A stretch of DNA of 20,000 nt from an uncultured Gemmatimonadota bacterium (GTDB lineage: Bacteria; GCA-2686955): contig CAZBBK010000025.1 of assembly GCA_964490075.1 (NCBI GenBank), forward strand, positions 50,548 through 70,547, written 5' to 3'. Below the pieces are notes generated by a model. It had not been told where the DNA came from. It saw nothing but the letters and a program-made list of their open reading frames with translations, and did no database searches. The position numbers and the translations under genes were made by a program. This document shows positions 15,799 through 20,000 of the stretch, one piece after another (within the stretch, counting starts at the first letter, position 1; every line of letters starts with the position of its first letter).

Positions 15799-17280
15799 AT
15801 GGCTCGCTACCACCTCTCATGCGTTCTCGCGTCGGCGGCAGTCACCGCGCAGGGCGCTACCCTACGAGTGCCCGCCGACCATCCAACCCTCCGCTTGGCC
15901 ATCAGCGCCGCCTCGCCCGGAGATACCGTACTCGTCGCGCCGGGGACCTACACCGGGTCCGGCAACCGCGGCCTCACGCCCAAGAGCGCGATGACGATCC
16001 GATCGGAGCGCGGCCCCTCGGCGACGATCATCGATTGCGAGTATCGGAATCGGGCGTTCTTCTTCGAGGGCTACTCGAACGAGGCGCTCGTGGCCGGGTT
16101 CACGATTCGCCATGGTGCGGACCCGCCGATCGGCTGGTACGGCGCCGGAGTGGTGTTCTGGAACTGCACGGCGGAGATTCAGAGCTGCATCATCGAAGAC
16201 GGGGAGTTCGTGAGCGAGGGTGGCGGCATCGCGTGCTGGGGCGAAGGACACCACCCGCGAATCACCAACTGCATCATTCGCCACAACCAGGCGTCGAAAG
16301 GGGCCGCGATCTACGCGGTCCAGCCATCGGTCACCATCGAGAACTGTCTCATCACTCAGCACAGCTCCGATTCACTGCATTTCTCCGGTGTGCCGGTCGC
16401 ATTGGGTTCCGGTGCCAAGACGCTCGTTTCCGGCTGCGCGATCGTGAACAACCAGAGCCACCAGCAGGCGGCGGGATTGGAAGCCGGTGATGGATCGATT
16501 CGCCTCCACAACACCGTGGTAATGGACAACACTCTGGATCCACGCTACGCATATTCAGCCGCGTCGGCACTGTTCCTGTCGGGAAGCGCCGAGGTCGAAG
16601 CCTCCAATTGCGTGTTCGCCGCCAATCGCCTGAACAGCTACGCCGGCGGCGCCATCATGGTTCGAGGCCGGGCCGAGCTGAATGCCACGAACTGCACCGT
16701 GGCGGACAACGAATGCGGGCGCGGCACCAGCATCGTCTGCGCCAAGAGCGGCGTGATCCGACTCGAGAACATGATCGTCCGCGGCGCCGGGGATTCCGTG
16801 CTGGTCGTGCAAGACGACGCCGAGCTCAGCGCGACCTATAGCAACATAGAAAGCGGCTGGCCGGGACTGGGCAACGTGGACCTGGATCCCGACTTCCTCA
16901 CCTTTGCCGGCATGCCCTATCTGTTGCACCCCTTGAGCTCCCCCTGCATCGACACGGGCAATCCGGCCATCGAAGACGACATCTACGACTGGCATCCGCG
17001 CTGGCCGGCGCGCTTCGAGAACGACGCCCATTCCGACATGGGAGCGTACGGCGGACCCGACAACCGATCCTGGGCCGCGTTCTTCCAGCGCGCCGAGTTG
17101 GCCGGGACCCAGCTCGATCTCGAGAGAGCGTGGGAGGCGTGGATTCAGCGGAGCTACCTCGAGAGGACCTCGTGGATTCCGCGCGCGGCTTCCATCACGA
17201 CGTCGAGCTTGTGCCAGGCAGCCCAGTTCTCACACCAGGCTACTCGAAAAGAGGCATACGCAGAGGTAGAGGCAGATTGA
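15799..17280 (+). CDS. Secreted right-handed parallel beta-helix repeat protein
   Basis: GAGGAGG RBS, signal peptide ending TAQG-A, LRVPADHPTL, VAPGTY, TIIDC, GGGIAC/PRITNCII repeats, GNVDLDPDF, SPCIDTGNP, DMGAYGGP. Confidence 0.85.
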   Translation: MARYHLSCVLASAAVTAQGATLRVPADHPTLRLAISAASPGDTVLVAPGTYTGSGNRGLTPKSAMTIRSERGPSATIIDCEYRNRAFFFEGYSNEALVAGFTIRHGADPPIGWYGAGVVFWNCTAEIQSCIIEDGEFVSEGGGIACWGEGHHPRITNCIIRHNQASKGAAIYAVQPSVTIENCLITQHSSDSLHFSGVPVALGSGAKTLVSGCAIVNNQSHQQAAGLEAGDGSIRLHNTVVMDNTLDPRYAYSAASALFLSGSAEVEASNCVFAANRLNSYAGGAIMVRGRAELNATNCTVADNECGRGTSIVCAKSGVIRLENMIVRGAGDSVLVVQDDAELSATYSNIESGWPGLGNVDLDPDFLTFAGMPYLLHPLSSPCIDTGNPAIEDDIYDWHPRWPARFENDAHSDMGAYGGPDNRSWAAFFQRAELAGTQLDLERAWEAWIQRSYLERTSWIPRAASITTSSLCQAAQFSHQATRKEAYAEVEAD

Positions 17281-19945
17281 GAACTGGGGCGGCACGCCAG
17301 GCCTCATCGTCGATGGACCGGACCTTCGCAAAGCGGGCATCCAGACCACGAATCCGCACTTGCTCCAACCACCGCTCCGCTTGATCCACTGAAAGACCCC
17401 GCTCGAGTAGAGCATCTGACAACCACTGGTACTCCTCACGGATGTTAGTCGCGAAGAGGTAGGGGTCATCCGACCCGACCGCAATCGACACATAGTCACC
17501 ATCGTCTTCGTTCGATGGGGGGCGCAGTCGCCAAAGTCCATGGTGGGAGAGATCGCCTGCGTTTTCGATCAGCACATTAGACGTGGGATTCACCTCAACG
17601 ATCAGGCCTCGTCGACCGATCTCCCTGATCAACGATCTTTGTACTTGCGTCAGCGCGCCAGCGTCTCCATCCATCACCGGGTGGCAATCGACAAGCCGTC
17701 GGCCTCGTACATACACGGACTTGTCCGTCAAATAGGCCCACACCAGCTTTTGCGCCCGTGGGATACGTCGCATTGGCCGGTACCCGCTGACAAAACCGAG
17801 GGTCGCGAGCACCGGCTGGGAGTATAGCCCATCCAGCAGGGCCAACAGGTCCGTCATAGACACCGGAAAACCAAACCACTCTTGGCCCAGTTGCTCGGCC
17901 GTGTACCGAATCCAAACCAAACGCCCGGGGGATGCCGGTAGACGCCAAGCGGAGTAGCGTCGCCACTCCCAGGCCAAATCCAAGACACGATCCTCCAGGG
18001 GAATGCTCAAAGGACCCGAGTCGCGAGCCCAGGCTTCGCAATCCACTCCCGCGGCGAAGGCGTGACCAAGGCGGTCGCCCTCACGCAGACCGAGATATCG
18101 AAGGCACTCGGAAACCCGGCGCAGGCCCGTTGCGAGGTGTACGAAATCTTCGCCGCAGTGGACGGTTCTCCGAATTGCCGCTTCCGGTCTGTTGTAACTA
18201 TCACGATTAGGATCTCCCCGCGCGATTAGGGACGCCGCTTCAGATACGTAGTTGAAGGCAGGGGCAACAACCCAATTCGGTACGCCTGACTCGTCGGCGG
18301 CACAATCGATACCGCAAATCAGTTGACGAGCCCCCAAGTAGGTGTTGAACGCGCCAATGATTGAGGACGCTGCGTTTCGTACTGCCAGAAAGGCCCTACG
18401 GTATCGGTATCCTTGGCTCAAGTGATCGGGATTGGCCAAGGAGCACATTCCCGCTACGCTAGGGGTTTCAAGATCGGCCAGCTCACCGCGGTTCTTCCGG
18501 AAATGCAGCACCACGCCATACTCGAGCTCTCCTGCCGCTGGGATATCCCGCTTCGCTCGCAGAATCCCACGATTCACCTCCCTCAGTTGTTCCCTCAGCT
18601 CGAACGCGTCGGTATCAGGCCCGAATCTGATCTCCAGTGATCGAAGGCCCGCCCCGAGACCTGCTGTACTTGCGCCCGCGTAGGCCAGTCGGTCCATCGA
18701 CACTCGGTTGCGCAGCGGAGACATGCGTCCATAATGGCGAATGAATGAAAGCAAGCTCGGCGTGCGAGGTCGCTGGACGACGTAGCGGTAGAACAGACAT
18801 TGGATTCTGACGACCTGCCAGAAGTACCTCTCGAAGCCCTCGTCCGGCTGCCCTCGTCCTGTCTGCTCGTCTATGTATTCCAGCGCCCGGATGCACCAAC
18901 GGAGATCCGCGTGCCTCGCCGATTGCCCCCGTCGCGGAAATACCAACTCCACTGGATCGCTGTTGGATCCTGTCGTTGGCCCACCTTGGATCCTCTGATA
19001 GATCCACTGCAATTCCCAGTAGTTCGCCCCCCATGGATCACGTCTGCTATTCAATCGCCCCCTCAGAAGCTCTTGGAGCCCAAGCCCCAGCTCTCGCGTC
19101 TCGGGAGGACTAAGGCGAGAAAACACTTCCCTAATGTAGTCAAAGAACCGTACATCATTGGGGCGCGACGACCAGGCCAGGAATCCAGCAATAAGCAGGC
19201 GCGCGATCGCAGCTCGAAGTAGCCATGGAGCAAACTCTCGTCCCTCGGTGAGCTCTGCGCCAGAACTAAAGAAGCTCCGTGGATCATGTATCCGAGCAAT
19301 CTCGCTCATGAGAGCCGCCCAGTAGTCTCGGAATCTGGGCATCGCCCCTAGATGGCAGTGCACCTCCGCATATCCCCGCTCGAAGAGCCTTCGCGACAGA
19401 GAGGGCGAGAGAGCCTCCACCTCTACGGACGATACACCTGGATTGGCCAACACTCCGGCCGCAAGAAGATCCTCCGGTAGTGCAAACTTCAACCAGCGCC
19501 ACGCGCGCCGCGCGAGAGGACCATCGAGCAGCATGCGTTCATCAGCCGGCGTCGCCGGCTTCCCGCTGTCCGCATTGGCCGAACTCGGAACGAGCGGCCG
19601 CACCTTCGGCCGAGCGGCCCCCTCTTCGATCTCAAGGTAGCGTCCGGAAATCTGCCGCAAAAGGTCCGCCAATGGAACAGCCACTGGGGCGGTGGGATCG
19701 ACACATGAGAACCACAGCTGATCTCGCAACAAAGCGATCTCGTCCACCCGCAGAGTCGGCGCTTCCCCCAGGATCGACTTCTCGGCCTCGCGCCAAAACG
19801 AGTTGTTACGAGAATCCCTGATCAAAGACGGACCCGCAACTGCAGTCACTCCCATTCGGAAACTCGCCTCCGACGCGAACGGAAATGCGCATAGCTCAGC
19901 CACGGCATGTTCGACAGGCGCGCCGATTCGGCGAAGTTGTGGCAT
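17240..19945 (-). CDS. rdrB: Large adenosine deaminase-family protein, RdrB-like (RADAR anti-phage effector type)
   Basis: Complete ADA motif set over 901 aa: EVHCHLG (HxH), LEIRF, GIDCAADE, TVHCGEDF (His, catalytic Glu), GDRLGHA, EVNPTSNVLI, GSDDP. HxGEDFxHLxxGLR..E..GDRLGHA is recalled as the RdrB pattern. Lower GC than the flanking genes. Confidence 0.72.
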   Translation of the reverse strand: MPQLRRIGAPVEHAVAELCAFPFASEASFRMGVTAVAGPSLIRDSRNNSFWREAEKSILGEAPTLRVDEIALLRDQLWFSCVDPTAPVAVPLADLLRQISGRYLEIEEGAARPKVRPLVPSSANADSGKPATPADERMLLDGPLARRAWRWLKFALPEDLLAAGVLANPGVSSVEVEALSPSLSRRLFERGYAEVHCHLGAMPRFRDYWAALMSEIARIHDPRSFFSSGAELTEGREFAPWLLRAAIARLLIAGFLAWSSRPNDVRFFDYIREVFSRLSPPETRELGLGLQELLRGRLNSRRDPWGANYWELQWIYQRIQGGPTTGSNSDPVELVFPRRGQSARHADLRWCIRALEYIDEQTGRGQPDEGFERYFWQVVRIQCLFYRYVVQRPRTPSLLSFIRHYGRMSPLRNRVSMDRLAYAGASTAGLGAGLRSLEIRFGPDTDAFELREQLREVNRGILRAKRDIPAAGELEYGVVLHFRKNRGELADLETPSVAGMCSLANPDHLSQGYRYRRAFLAVRNAASSIIGAFNTYLGARQLICGIDCAADESGVPNWVVAPAFNYVSEAASLIARGDPNRDSYNRPEAAIRRTVHCGEDFVHLATGLRRVSECLRYLGLREGDRLGHAFAAGVDCEAWARDSGPLSIPLEDRVLDLAWEWRRYSAWRLPASPGRLVWIRYTAEQLGQEWFGFPVSMTDLLALLDGLYSQPVLATLGFVSGYRPMRRIPRAQKLVWAYLTDKSVYVRGRRLVDCHPVMDGDAGALTQVQRSLIREIGRRGLIVEVNPTSNVLIENAGDLSHHGLWRLRPPSNEDDGDYVSIAVGSDDPYLFATNIREEYQWLSDALLERGLSVDQAERWLEQVRIRGLDARFAKVRSIDDEAWRAAPVLNLPLPLRMPLFE

Positions 19946-20000
19946 TAGGTGTCATGCTCCCACAATTCCTGCCGCAAATCGGGCCAGAGATTCCGCAAGT
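19945..20000 (-). CDS. 3' end of a probable upstream partner gene (partial, product unknown)
   Basis: Minus frame ...LRNLWPDLRQELWEHDT* ends in TAA overlapping the deaminase ATG (TAATG). An alternative open frame ...LAESLARFAAGIVGA* stops at 19952. Only 56 nt visible. Confidence 0.4.
   Translation of the reverse strand, partial: LRNLWPDLRQELWEHDT

Noticed and set aside
17540-19821. Small ORFs inside the deaminase gene as nested partners
   Set aside because: Short, motif-free and fully overlapping the 901-aa frame.
17240-19945. Housekeeping adenosine deaminase (add)
   Set aside because: Far too long, with large insertions, RdrB-type motif context and atypical GC.
1-20000. CRISPR array, tRNA, rRNA, transposase or integrase
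   Set aside because: No regularly spaced direct repeats, RNA gene signatures or recombinase motifs seen by eye.

Overview
High-GC bacterial window with 16 complete protein-coding genes plus the probable 3' tip of a 17th at the right edge. Left half (1-11.9 kb) is mostly envelope and housekeeping: a surface-polysaccharide group (GT2 glycosyltransferase, DegT-type sugar aminotransferase, beta-propeller lipoprotein, and a coupled ugd / rmlA-like / SLBB export operon), alr, a vapBC pair, pyrF, a sulfatase-like protein and a rhodanese. Right half looks accessory: two secreted beta-helix proteins flank an FAD oxidoreductase-TetR unit with a clear promoter and palindromic operator. A lower-GC 901-aa adenosine-deaminase-fold protein follows, with all catalytic motifs intact and RdrB (RADAR anti-phage) like architecture, apparently coupled to an upstream gene outside the window. 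It is the best candidate for a novel or divergent defence system. Smaller observations: VapC has Gly in place of a catalytic Asp, alr appears to need a non-canonical start codon, two genes look leaderless, and a hairpin occludes the pyrF ribosome-binding site. All assignments come from motif recognition by eye; no searches were run.
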